From a virus (taxonomy: Duplodnaviria > Caudoviricetes), in the IMG/VR virus record IMGVR_UViG_3300044971_001115, positions 1 to 55,345 of that record: a stretch of DNA of 55,345 nt. The stretch is one strand, 5' to 3'. The translations under genes were made by a program, and so were the position numbers. Of the stretch, positions 16,701-24,700 are shown one piece after another. How positions within the stretch are numbered: the stretch's first letter is position 1; each line of letters opens with the position of its first letter. A model generated the notes under the pieces. That model was not told the origin of the DNA. It saw only the letters and a list, made by a program, of their open reading frames with translations, and ran no database searches.

Positions 16701-18712
16701 AAGATGTAGTCCCTGAAGCCCCTAAGGTAGAAGAAAACCCATACCTAGCAAAAAGTAGAGGCCCTATCCGTAATGAAAGGGATGCTGCTTATAGAGCCGG
16801 AATGGAAAAAGAGGCAAAATCAAAGCCAATAGTTTCTAGGTTGATGGAGCTTTTGAATTTAAATGTATCTGAAGTAACAGACATTCAGGATCAAATCAAT
16901 AAGGGCGACTGGAAACATGAAAACGGATCATACTCCGAGGCTAAATCCGGAGCCTTCTCGAAATACAACAAAATTCTTGTTGAATTTGGTGAATATGAGC
17001 CTAGTAGTTCTACATACCTAAAGAACGGCGAGACTGGTCTAGCCACTTGGTTGTCCGACGAACTAGGAATGGATATAAAAGATCTTGAGATTAAACAAAG
17101 AACATTAAAATCAGGATCAACTAGACCTACTCAAAAATTTGGATCACCAAAAACATTCAATTCAAGCCTCCGACCGCTACTAAACGGTGCAGACTATTAC
17201 TACGTAGATACAGATGCCCTGGCTTTCTATATTTACCCAAACGAGGACCTAAAAAAGGCCGTGCTAGAGCAGATAAAAAACGGTGACCTAACCTGGACAG
17301 GCGGAAAAGCTGGTAAAAGTGCTATGTCCGTATCTGTAGATAAGCCTAAGTACGCATTTAAATTGGAAACTAGTCCAGATCGTAAAACACGCACCTGGGT
17401 GTTCGACGGCACCGAAGAAAATAAGAAAGAATTTAAAGAGTATATAAAGAAAACATACAAGCAAGATCAGGGGTCTAAGGTAAAAGCCCCTAAGGGCTCT
17501 GACTTCAGTGCAATTGGCTATTCCAAGATGGACTCGATTAAAGACTTCCTAGATCCTGCAAACGGTGCCGTCCTTTCTATTGGAGATACAACAACTAATG
17601 AAGAAGGAAAGTCTGTCACTGTTGATGAGGACTTCTTCTTACCGAATAACTTTATAACCTACCAAGAACCTAGAGCTGTCCTCCGTAGGTTCGGATCTCT
17701 TGCAATCCCCCCGACTGACCAGGAGTCGCTCGACCCTGCAGAAGTGGCAGAGATGAAGTTCGACTGGATAGAAAAGAATAAAAGCAGGTTCATATATGCC
17801 AATTCAGCAAAAATCGAGGAGCTGGCACTAAAAAAGGCTGCTGAACTTGGGTACACCAGCCCTAGAGACAGAACTCTATACACGGAAGGAACCGTGCAGT
17901 CTGTGCTCAACTATGTGAATGCAGATAATAAAATTGTAGTTAGTGATTTCCTAGACTACGTATATAAAAACTACCCAGAGAAATATAAAAATACTGAAAG
18001 ATACGAACAACTTAAGAAATATTCAGAATTTGACTCTAAGTTAGATGCATATGCTAAGGATGTTGCAAAAGCAAACGTTACCGTAGCAATCGACGGTTTA
18101 GACCTGATTAGTGTATTAGAAGACGGACGACTTAAGAATCAGTTTGAAACCGGGACTAGTGGCGGGTCATATTTTCCAGATATAAGAATAAAAAACGAAT
18201 TAAATATCTCTGGCACCCCGATAGACGCCTCAAATGAAAAAAGACCTATTTTTGGACACCTAACTACATTTGAAGACTCAAAACTTCCTAAAGATCCTAG
18301 ATCTAAGAAGAACATCTTGCACGTGGCTAGCTCTTTCACTAAAGGATACGGATCCTTTAAAGTAATTATGAAATCTTCAGTTAAAGAAAGAACTACATTT
18401 ACAGCTGGAGACTCAATGGGCGGTAGTCAAATTGCTCAGGTGGTATCTCCAAATGTTGACCGAAAAGCTATGAAACTAGCCGGCTTTGTGGCAGACCCAT
18501 ATACTGCCCTAAACTACACTCCCGAGTCGGTAGCAGGGTACTATGTAGAAGCCCAGATCCACGGCGGAGTTAGTCTCTCCGACATCGAGAGAATCATTTA
18601 TGTAGGCGAGGACTCTGACGAGATATTACAACTTGTGAAAGCTAAGCTAGGAGAGCTAGGTCTAAGTATCCCACTTGAAATTCTTAAATTAGCTCAGGTA
18701 TCGAAGGAATAA
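7733..18712 (+). CDS. Giant polyvalent protein, 3659 aa: multiple ADP-ribosyltransferase domains, HipA/PI3K-like kinase, ParB/Srx domains, C-terminal DUF3626-like domain
   Basis: Three VIP2/Alt-like R-S-ExE domains (VFRG..REDEVVLPR; VYRG..FLSAS..EKEVIF; LYRG..FSSTT..EKEVLLP); Arr-like FYHAT..LKVGD; kinase FYVK..NE..WLANWD..DN..VDPGG; ParB EGHHR; KNQFETGTS..EAQIHGG. Confidence 0.88.
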   Translation: MSEYLRKILGAGKTPLIKSQPLAALTADAGPDIPGGEGANKGFWRKQLRDPRTKQFIPMDAFIICTINVPGVGIFKATGQFKGNKKIGIATIRVAGNKNVPDGDYQVPHTDVLGAAEGMIKQKDLDRVLDKADGVIDDPKNILPPGTPMAGESVKAPVALKKAIDGEEALSKIKGEAALVAKEDGRFPIARGAGDIKTAAKRQYAGVFEALKKEQPDLVKDFNSFDEFWAYADKNIAIDASQRWADSVDEIPELTKATNRIYARDVLGMEPDGLITFYRNSINHHNDPNKAAAGYISLDQRMAWNYNSDKEQSGQDGRYIVRVKPDEVLGLLGYSRVPDEYGVVVGMDVTSQEGRYERVGDLAWSPLNPLMDPTKTQMSGGGDSWFRQFRPASSFDFPVLDSKPFEAGESWSDFYKQFNMQKGDIPKKYDELFGEGAFDQDFPDSRGVPNYSRFVNNAFTEKGGKYAFDPLYLSTEFPMSSATSMEPNKNDELDLGLKFLSTIQELSGIPFMVHRSHDKSDPRLKVKEAKTKKPKAVKEAAKEVETPVGSVVKDLTGFTKVSDQLGSNKGGLYKDPITGQQFYVKFGDKARIENEALASDIYKLAGINATDLQIGTLDGKDVIYSPWIEGTSKDVKDKIIHLASTVNERETKTDPKIKASVEEAQRGFAVDAWLANWDAVGSAYDNLVFDKDGKPLRVDPGGALLYRARGELKGDAFGDEVTELDTFTQYSGTPLAGNTALELFRSMPRRRKFESAKIVHKITPEQIEQLVDSRISDPETRKVLKDRLIARRQNIIERFSLEGLVSDKQEKDGDSYVDKVYYDDIRRSEELMAPGGPGGPRISTDAGDTSGYLDRYFDDNAPLVDEVDGNDIKEILQATVVKDMVNTVNKEEGNDSSANEVFRRGLYGTLVAQHNIVYSELKSEDSDFANQFPTFNSYFKYVTEELAISDKLLVGDVNNSLASDYKKEAEHAQSWSTYFSPEKMALQKKINRKYAEKILKLNPDGKIRIYRNANSQVFKYDTPEAALAGYWSFDRNFAWAFNSNQTERSANRSSYAGRYSALISVNEITGIIGMMHVTDYETYKTDNVLDEMPLSILPNEVLRGVLSDQKYHGRTRDLTLQSGATPRVVQTMAAGTTQWRNNRTAPYVLFNPVPFNLDELKSKAKEKGIDLDNVIDPSNGKPRSLERFLTELPDGRHQIDLFGASDDNSYDLGIYGTDRMSDFQKLMYLQTQLDVPLIVNNFAKDADAHKVETDQFYGAADPMVQKLEPARIQKFITVPEPTLDPGAVLSEADLSAVKKKKDYLDTALDVSKQFTAGDNQAPFNMLDLAAKGRADVVNDYRQQIQDIYDVANAKVSADKEAVATKAADYIQSKIKSAKDSIFTYEQSLKNDPTAKDWAPGAIKDQEEIIAELESGYDRTTNPGHEPVKTRITDLADYYLQTYDPEGSIREKLFSGASEQEVVSALENTPLWKERKAAFEAAGGDTANEWDLVFSDNDSALAAVKSAFAKDSRLSDEENETNRKSALEELRNGGLPVDAPATEPVVETPAVEAPEVKTEALGWDSLGGPTEGRGESELLDNLVDGDFLDVEAIKDGDVPRNFDLDDLIEEQAKSVRYYKGAGFRYMNNLLRLGQSDEPDDLMDKLNKSIADVDELIDTYGDVYTETTVFRGMIDMGRFKETDPPTIVEILESAKPGDILSDPGYTAATTNRSIAIREYGLGRGLSDEVTINASQEQWVPTVFFAIKLPEGSKALGLPLDTNYGREDEVVLPRGAQLKINAIRRVPQVDADGEETGRFNYFVDAENIPSEESKEEPATGKQKNQLIRLYNNVESTEDKEAIFEAVKDENLTAARAKELLEADYSPKPAPEVPKEMAERFFNPKYGAGDSKTDVAMLPIDEVEKYIVQDRAGKDSWGASSDATIEKITEELKNGGSIRDPLVIDFDDENNWGALAEGHHRLIAARKAGLKYVPVRILRAQGRNVSFKNKGKGAPLTFSAGPDKFGYVPGAAHASLFDQFAEKKPETKVKKLGNEPNVKASDEKVDMLISKISRLKIEDVEKLKEAIKNGTLTNELADELSSKAPGSLDILNDPVMLKAILKKHVGDSVTADDMQDLVDGKRTQDGYGFYHATNRELKVGDIIRPTESFAASASHGGLSFDIKKEMSPEEWEKKRAFAKLDGGQGVKGLSFYIARAAEMKGEPDGMGYFYRVKPVGTLSAFPSLEPEWVTDEGWEIVHVVGRASINDTRVDDRIHFDEDTDTLWHDNPEEYNSPDYGKRKTDDIIDTSSGDMPVLNQIIKTESTNEVGKGNTTLSADFDYVSYRKFDSSYLDEDEIEAITEYRAGGYAQINELLRTARLRNSEVPEEKVQKWIDTLDSAIDTWGSPMGGSVRNVVYRGQVLSGGSAPEVGEADMTEVINRLSPGMILEDRGFLSASTSPTIAYKEFGPGLYERGAVKGDTVFWAINVPEDVKGLFSPQDIGIAAEKEVIFHRNSKLAIKGVRKIVGQDDHARYFIEADMLAPESELIPKTREESSESSPELAETLAEIAKNREEPESTEPPKSAENGPSIWGRINLRNIKDSFKYIADDPEFSDLVKQYSGSDEDIDKLKEILTEKGLNKKNEVSDPYSKFTSAAEKEYKKIDPNLDTETGIAPASPYGGIEDSGLGTTGYVDSSSVLDALGKDGWTFNNDDSARAAVKKRISEEGFTSPVVLIYDRGAKTFSLKNLEADSDRIIAAQDLKRSTPVVVEMGGMSSNPRFFGAMYTPKNLKPTEAIKEDYPDVSGIPDLPTPSRSKEEKDAIEAYQKWGFYDLKTHMDSPYGHPDKSKEEREDLDKVVDNLDKLTSTEPIPDGTTLYRGVDLSNDPEWYEYFSELKAGDRLLTPTRFSSTTLDPIIADEYSVPLSRIKTDPENTKSVVIKITTGEGATGAAFENDKTLFSREKEVLLPLTANIEVTKVEKDSDGVIRVEGVYSKTPKVEKQIEEGGGFTLTPDPEDVVPEAPKVEENPYLAKSRGPIRNERDAAYRAGMEKEAKSKPIVSRLMELLNLNVSEVTDIQDQINKGDWKHENGSYSEAKSGAFSKYNKILVEFGEYEPSSSTYLKNGETGLATWLSDELGMDIKDLEIKQRTLKSGSTRPTQKFGSPKTFNSSLRPLLNGADYYYVDTDALAFYIYPNEDLKKAVLEQIKNGDLTWTGGKAGKSAMSVSVDKPKYAFKLETSPDRKTRTWVFDGTEENKKEFKEYIKKTYKQDQGSKVKAPKGSDFSAIGYSKMDSIKDFLDPANGAVLSIGDTTTNEEGKSVTVDEDFFLPNNFITYQEPRAVLRRFGSLAIPPTDQESLDPAEVAEMKFDWIEKNKSRFIYANSAKIEELALKKAAELGYTSPRDRTLYTEGTVQSVLNYVNADNKIVVSDFLDYVYKNYPEKYKNTERYEQLKKYSEFDSKLDAYAKDVAKANVTVAIDGLDLISVLEDGRLKNQFETGTSGGSYFPDIRIKNELNISGTPIDASNEKRPIFGHLTTFEDSKLPKDPRSKKNILHVASSFTKGYGSFKVIMKSSVKERTTFTAGDSMGGSQIAQVVSPNVDRKAMKLAGFVADPYTALNYTPESVAGYYVEAQIHGGVSLSDIERIIYVGEDSDEILQLVKAKLGELGLSIPLEILKLAQVSKE

Positions 18713-18714
18713 AA

Positions 18715-18909
18715 ATGTACGAAATTGGAAAACCAATTTTCAAAAAATCCAGCGGATCCGTCATTATTTTTGACGGACTCGATAAGGATAAAATGCCTCT
18801 TGCTCACATCAAAGACTTCAAAGGCGAAGAGTTTCAAGTTATGTACCTGGACTCGATTCTCGCACGCGGTTACTGGGAAGAGATTATTAATACCGAATCT
18901 GACGAGTAA
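18715..18909 (+). CDS. Small protein, candidate inhibitor/immunity partner of the upstream C-terminal domain
   Basis: 64 aa, 2 nt after the giant gene's stop, AAGGA RBS; ends LDSILARGYWEE. Function inferred from position only. Confidence 0.65.
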   Translation: MYEIGKPIFKKSSGSVIIFDGLDKDKMPLAHIKDFKGEEFQVMYLDSILARGYWEEIINTESDE

Positions 18910-18911
18910 GG

Positions 18912-18917
18912 TACAAT
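18912..18917 (+). promoter_or_regulatory. -10 element for a probable leaderless transcript
   Basis: ggTACAAT ends 6 nt before the ATG at 18924; no Shine-Dalgarno. Confidence 0.6.
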
Positions 18918-18923
18918 AAGATA

Positions 18924-20870
18924 ATGGCAGAAGAAAAACCACAAAAATCAACTCTCGGCGATCGCATGAGCGACGTCGGTGGTATGCGTGTATACAGGGA
19001 CGGCAAATGGATCCCTCTTGAGCAGCTCTCTAAGAAACCTAAAGAAGAGCCTAAACCTAAGGTCCTAGTTAAGGACGACTCTGCCCCTAAAAAGAAACCA
19101 ATAACGGCGTCTAGTTACGCTCAAACAGTACTCCGCTCATCAGGCGGATTTGGTGCCCCTGCAGAGGTCTACGACCCTAAAAACGTACGAAAGGCCGTCA
19201 AAGCAGCGGGCCACCTAGTTCCTGAGGAACAAGACCTAGCCGATGCCCTACTGGAGATTGTTGCCAAGCACGGAAAGTTCAACGCCGACAATACCGGCGT
19301 CTGGGCTGGCTATGACTCTGCTGAAAAGAATGCAGAGAACGCTAAGATTGGCGTCAAGTGCGGCAACTGCGTATTTTTCAATTCACCTAACGGCTGCTCG
19401 ATTATTGACTCTGAAGTAGAAGAGGGCGGACTCTGCCGTTTCGCAGTTCTACCAGATGGCTCGGTTACTCCTCCTGCACTCACCGCTGATGCAGATTACG
19501 GAGACGAGTGCCCTCCTGCAACTCAGGACATCGTTCTAAACATCAATAACCGACAGAAAGCTATTGACAATGTCGGCTATGGCCCGCTAAACCCAGAGGA
19601 ACCTAACGACGAGTTCTGGGGAGAAAAGGCAGATCGCTGGAACATCGACCCAGTAGAGGCCAAGAAGAGCATCTGCGGCAACTGCGTCTTCTTTGACCGT
19701 CGCCCGAAGACCCTAGACTGCATTGAGACCGGACTTGCAGAAGGCGGCTCCGGAGAGCAGAGTGCCTGGGACTCAATTGACCAGGCTGAGCTTGGTTACT
19801 GCACCGCTCTAGACTTTAAGTGTGCTGCTAGCCGTACCTGTAACGCGTGGGCAGCGGGCGGCCCTATCACTGAAGACGCAGTCAAAGCTGGCGGCTACGG
19901 TGTAGGAGAGGACATTGATGCCCAGGTTCACAAATTCTTCAACAAGCCTGTCTACGATCTACCAAAAGGCCTAAAGAACTACACCGAAGAGGCTGACGAA
20001 GACTATGAATATGACGTACGTTTGGACGACCTAATCCCAACTCAGCGTACCGTTAACATGCGTCGCGTTGAAGACGTAATGGGCTCTGATAAGCCAATCG
20101 TAGTTTGGATCAACGAAGACGGGGAGCCAGAAATTGTTGACGGCCACCACCGTTCAGTTGCCTATCGACTAGATGGCAGCGACACCATCCGAGCCAAGGC
20201 CTACAAGACGCCTGGATTTGTGGCTACTGCTGGATCAAAGCCTGCTCCAAAGAAAGACCGCATCAAAGGCTCCGACAAGAACAAAAAAGGTTCTGCAGCA
20301 TCTGGCCGCAAGATCACGTTCTCTAAGGCCGTCGAGACATCTCTAAAGGAAAAGGTCAAGTCCCACAATGAGAGCGTCTCTGCTGATGGTAAAAAAGTAA
20401 CTCTTTCTATGCTCAAGGCAGTCTACCGCCGTGGTGCGGGTGCTTTCTCTACCAGCCACCGCCCAGACCAGAACCGCAACTCCTGGGCTATGGGCCGCGT
20501 TAACGCTTACCTACGTCTAGTTAAGTCTGGCAAGCCTGACAACGCTAAGTACACCACCGACAACGACCTACTCCCTAAGTCTCACGCAAGATCTACCAGA
20601 GCTTCAATAGTTGCGTCTGCTGCTTTCGAGGATGACTACGAGTCCGAGCTGTCTGTAGTGCTATTGCCAGAAACAGAGTATACTAGTAAAGAGCAAGCGA
20701 TTCTTTCTCTAGCCGAGTTTTCTGGCGTTGGCTATGAAATCATGCCAGCACTAAATGCTGCATGGGCCAGAGCCGAATTGGCCGGAGAAAACTCTTTTGA
20801 GAGAGCCAAAGACCTTGCTACATCTCTGCACGAAAGCCGAGATGCCGAACTACTTCCTAAGGAGTTTTAA
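18924..20870 (+). CDS. Multidomain head-associated protein: two Cys-rich (HiPIP-like) modules, a ParB/Srx domain and a DUF5824-like basic domain
   Basis: KCGNCVFF..C..GLCRF; ICGNCVFF..YC..KC..TCNAW; LIPTQ..IVDGHHR; LKAVYRRGAGAF..HRP..WAMGRVNAYL. Confidence 0.78.
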   Translation: MAEEKPQKSTLGDRMSDVGGMRVYRDGKWIPLEQLSKKPKEEPKPKVLVKDDSAPKKKPITASSYAQTVLRSSGGFGAPAEVYDPKNVRKAVKAAGHLVPEEQDLADALLEIVAKHGKFNADNTGVWAGYDSAEKNAENAKIGVKCGNCVFFNSPNGCSIIDSEVEEGGLCRFAVLPDGSVTPPALTADADYGDECPPATQDIVLNINNRQKAIDNVGYGPLNPEEPNDEFWGEKADRWNIDPVEAKKSICGNCVFFDRRPKTLDCIETGLAEGGSGEQSAWDSIDQAELGYCTALDFKCAASRTCNAWAAGGPITEDAVKAGGYGVGEDIDAQVHKFFNKPVYDLPKGLKNYTEEADEDYEYDVRLDDLIPTQRTVNMRRVEDVMGSDKPIVVWINEDGEPEIVDGHHRSVAYRLDGSDTIRAKAYKTPGFVATAGSKPAPKKDRIKGSDKNKKGSAASGRKITFSKAVETSLKEKVKSHNESVSADGKKVTLSMLKAVYRRGAGAFSTSHRPDQNRNSWAMGRVNAYLRLVKSGKPDNAKYTTDNDLLPKSHARSTRASIVASAAFEDDYESELSVVLLPETEYTSKEQAILSLAEFSGVGYEIMPALNAAWARAELAGENSFERAKDLATSLHESRDAELLPKEF

Positions 20871-21691
20871 TGTCGAATCTAGAATTCACCTCTAAATTTC
20901 ACAAGCGGGTGTCAATGATGTTTGACTCCGAAAAAGCTAGTGAAGTTATAGACGAGTTTGACAATCTAGACCCTAGAGAAGCAAACATCTTCTACCGTGC
21001 ATTTACAGCCGAACCGGGTACACCCGAGCACCTACACTCTGTTACACGAGTTAAGGCACTTGTTGCTTCTGGTTTTGTTTCCAACGAGCTAGCAAGTATC
21101 ACCAATGATGGTGCGATTAGCTCTGCTCGCGAAGATGCCGAGCGTTCATACATGCTTTCCCGAGAGGCCCTACTTGACGTCATCTCTGACCAAAAAGTCA
21201 GCAATGATGTGCTTACTAATCCTTACGATGAAGATGGACTTCTATCTCGCATGGTTATCCGCGGGAACACTAAAGAAGAGATTCTCAACTACCTGAATAG
21301 CAAACTATTCTTCCAGGCAGCCAAAGAACTAGCCGAGGCTGGCCCAGATGAAGAAACCACACTAGCCGGTCAGGAAGCTATTCTTCGCTTTACTGGTCTC
21401 ATGGAGGCTATTGACAACCTAGAGGATCCAGTTGAGCCAGCTGACTTTAAGGCTAATGCTAAACAGTTGGTTGCTTCGTATGACGAAGACGGCACCATTG
21501 CGTCCATGATTGACAGCGGAGCGTCCTCTGACGAAATTCTAGAAGCTTTCTCGCAGAATGAAAAATGGTCGGATGACCTATATAACTACATCACTCGCTT
21601 AGAAGTGAATATTCGAACTGCAGCCCAGAAACAAAAGTGGGGCAATACAGAAGTAGTTTTGTATGCTCTAAAAGACCTAGACAGTCTATAG
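20870..21691 (+). CDS. Acidic helical protein with two YDEDG repeats
   Basis: TAATG overlap with the upstream gene; PYDEDGLL..G.TKEEIL and SYDEDGTI..GASSDEIL. Confidence 0.75.
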   Translation: MSNLEFTSKFHKRVSMMFDSEKASEVIDEFDNLDPREANIFYRAFTAEPGTPEHLHSVTRVKALVASGFVSNELASITNDGAISSAREDAERSYMLSREALLDVISDQKVSNDVLTNPYDEDGLLSRMVIRGNTKEEILNYLNSKLFFQAAKELAEAGPDEETTLAGQEAILRFTGLMEAIDNLEDPVEPADFKANAKQLVASYDEDGTIASMIDSGASSDEILEAFSQNEKWSDDLYNYITRLEVNIRTAAQKQKWGNTEVVLYALKDLDSL

Positions 21692-21718
21692 CTCCGAATC
21701 ATACCCGAAAAACAACTG

Positions 21719-21724
21719 TAAAAT
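21719..21724 (+). promoter_or_regulatory. -10 element upstream of the 2642-aa gene
   Basis: TAAAAT within GTAAAATTACTA (21718-21729), a 12-mer repeated exactly at 35175-35186 upstream of the major capsid gene. Confidence 0.55.
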
Positions 21725-21781
21725 TACTAGTAAGGAATCTTACTAGATTATTGCCGATTTGCTCCTATAAGAAGGACCTCG

Positions 21782-24700
21782 ATGTTAGAGAAACTCACTG
21801 CCCTCCTAGCCGCATTTAACGACGGTGCCAACAAAGGCTTCTGGCGTTTCCAGTGGCGTGACCGTCTTGGCCGTTGGGCCGAGATGGGCCGTGGTGTTCT
21901 TGGTAAGCTTCGTCTAAAAGATGGCTCGATCGTCTCTGTTCGTGGTGTGTTCGTCGGTGGTACCGAGAACCCTGGCTTTGGTCGCGTTCTAGTTGAAGGT
22001 CAGTCTGACAAAGGCATTCCAGACGGTATCTATAAGTTTGCTTCTGGTAACGGTGAAACATTTGAAGGTCTTATTCCTGAAGAAGACCTAATCCGTCAGG
22101 GCCTACTTCCTGAGGGAGGTGCCGCTAAGAAGGACATTTTTGGAAACTCTGTTGGCGAGCGTCTAGACAAAGACATCCAGGACTTAGAAACAATCAGTCG
22201 CGAAGACATTACCGACGAAGACCGCAAGCTTGCCACTGAAACTCCTGACGAGCGTCAGAAGGCCATCATCGAGGAAGAGCGTGCAAAGTCTCCTGTTGCT
22301 AAACTTCCTGCTGGTACAGAGTCTGACCCGGACCAGCTTGCCAAGGCTCTAGAAGATGCTGGTGTTACCCCTAAGGCCGAAACTCCTCCTAGTCCAAAGG
22401 TCGACCGTGCTACTGATGGTTGGCTTCGCGGAGCTCGGGAAGAGGGCGAGCCAATCTACTGGATGTCTTACAACCAGGGCACTGGAAAGCACAGCCTAAA
22501 CGAGGGTCACATCATTGATGGCTACGTTTATAAAGGTAAATACAACCAGTTCACTGACCAAGGCCTAGAGGGTGTTGGCAGTGTTGACGACCTAATTGCA
22601 ACTAGAAAAAATAAAAATTCTGGACTTGTAGACATTTATCGCGGAAACATTCCTGCTATCGAAGACGAGAATGGTAAGTTCCGTAAGGCAGAAACTAGCG
22701 ACATCTTTAGGATTGAACGCGAGCAGGATGCTGCTAAAGCTGCTCAGCCGCCTACTCCTCCTCCATCAGACAAGGTAGCCCCGGCTGCCCCTCCAGCAGG
22801 GCCTCCTTCAGATGGCGGCGAGAAGTTCCTACCTGCCCCTCCAGAGCCAGGTGCTCCTGCAGAGCCAAGCAAGGCTGAGATTCCACCTGCCCCTAGTGCA
22901 CTTGATGGTTTGGACCCTTACACCCGTGGCGTCGTATCCAACATTATTGACGGGGCTCAGGGTCAGACCCCCAAACAAATCAACAAAAGCCTGAAGAAGC
23001 TTCACGACCTGGCAAGCAAGCCGGACTCAAACCGAGACGGCCTAAAGGTCGCTATCGACGAGCTCTCTAAACTTGTAACAGACAAAGGTGGAGTTCCATT
23101 TGTTCCAGGCGGAGAAGACGAAAACAACTTCGGGTTCAAAGAAACTACTGACGACTTTGACAAGCAGAATGGCCAGCAACGCTGGGAGAAGGACTACGAA
23201 GGTGGTCAGACTCTTCTAGAGGTTGTCAAGGGTGACGACGGCACGTACGAAGCTATTGCATATAGTGGAAACGACAACGGTGCCTGGGCACGAGAAGACC
23301 TACTACCTGTTACAGACGGTAAGGGCATCTTTAAGGAAGCTGACAAGCTAATCAATGACAACATTGAAGCTGAAGCTAAAAACGATGCTCTAGTTGAAAA
23401 AGCTATCCAGGACGCAATGGACGGCAAGCCAGTTAGTGCTGACGAGATTATTAAGAAGAGTTCCCCTACTCCTGTAGGCCGAGGCGGCTTCAACTTCGAA
23501 GAAGATGAAGAGCAGCCAGCTACTGCACCTAAGACTTCTAAATCTAAGAAGAAGCCTGAAACAGAAACTACTTCTCCAGCGACTGCAAAAGGCCCTGTTA
23601 AGCAGGAACCTATCACTCCTGAAGAGCTTGATGCTCTAGCACCGGCCGAGTCCTATGAAAAGTTCTTTGGCTTCTTACCTAGCGTAGAGCAGACTCGAAT
23701 TCTAAACTCTATCATCGTTGCTAAAAAGAAGACAGCCGTTCGTGCAGGTGCAGGTGCAGGTAAGACTACAACCTATATCGGTCTTTGTAAAGCTCTTATG
23801 GAGCTTGACCCTAATGCTCGCATTGCTCTACTACAGCTTAACCGCACTAACGCTGACGAGGCTGCAAAGTTAGTTCCATCGAACACAATTTCAAACACTA
23901 TTGATGCATATTTTGGCCGTCCGCACATCGTAAATATGGCTGCAGGCAAGACCGGAACAATGCGTGGCTCGGCAAATGACCCGCATGTTACTCGTTACAT
24001 GTCTAGGGAGTCTTGGCACATTTCTGGTGCAAAAGACCTAGGCAATCACTTCCTAATGGATGAAATGAACATTGGTGGAGAGAACTACGACATTAGCAAG
24101 GTTGCGGGTCTAGTTAGTAATGCTGTAGAGCTTTTCTGCCGTAGTACTGATCAAAAAATTGGCCCTCAGCATTTTAACGTTAAGACTAAAGCTAAAAAAG
24201 CTACAAAGACTGAAAAAGCAGTTGAGTCTGAAGATGTAGATATTCCAGACGAGCAGATGAAGAAGCTTCTTAGCTATGCCAATGCTTACTGGGAAGATCT
24301 AAATCACATACCAATTTGGGATGAGCGAGTGTCTTTCACAAAGAAAGATGGAACCCCTGGTAAGAAGTTTGCTAAGGGTGTTACAGCAATTAATCCTACT
24401 CACGCCTTCAAGATGTGGGCACTGACCGATCCTGATCTATCGAAGTTAAAGGCTGGCGATGGCAAGCCAATTACCCACCTGCTTCTAGACGAGGCTCAGG
24501 ACACTAACGCTGTATTTGAAAAAGTTATTAAGGACAACATAGATCGAGGCACTGCTCCGCTTATCGCAATGGTTGGTGACCGTGCTCAGTCTATCTACAA
24601 GTTCCGTGGTAGCCGTGATGCCCTAACTACCTTTGCAGAGAAACGAGCTGGTGCAAGCCTAACTCTCACTACTACTCGACGCTTTGGTGAAGACCTACTT

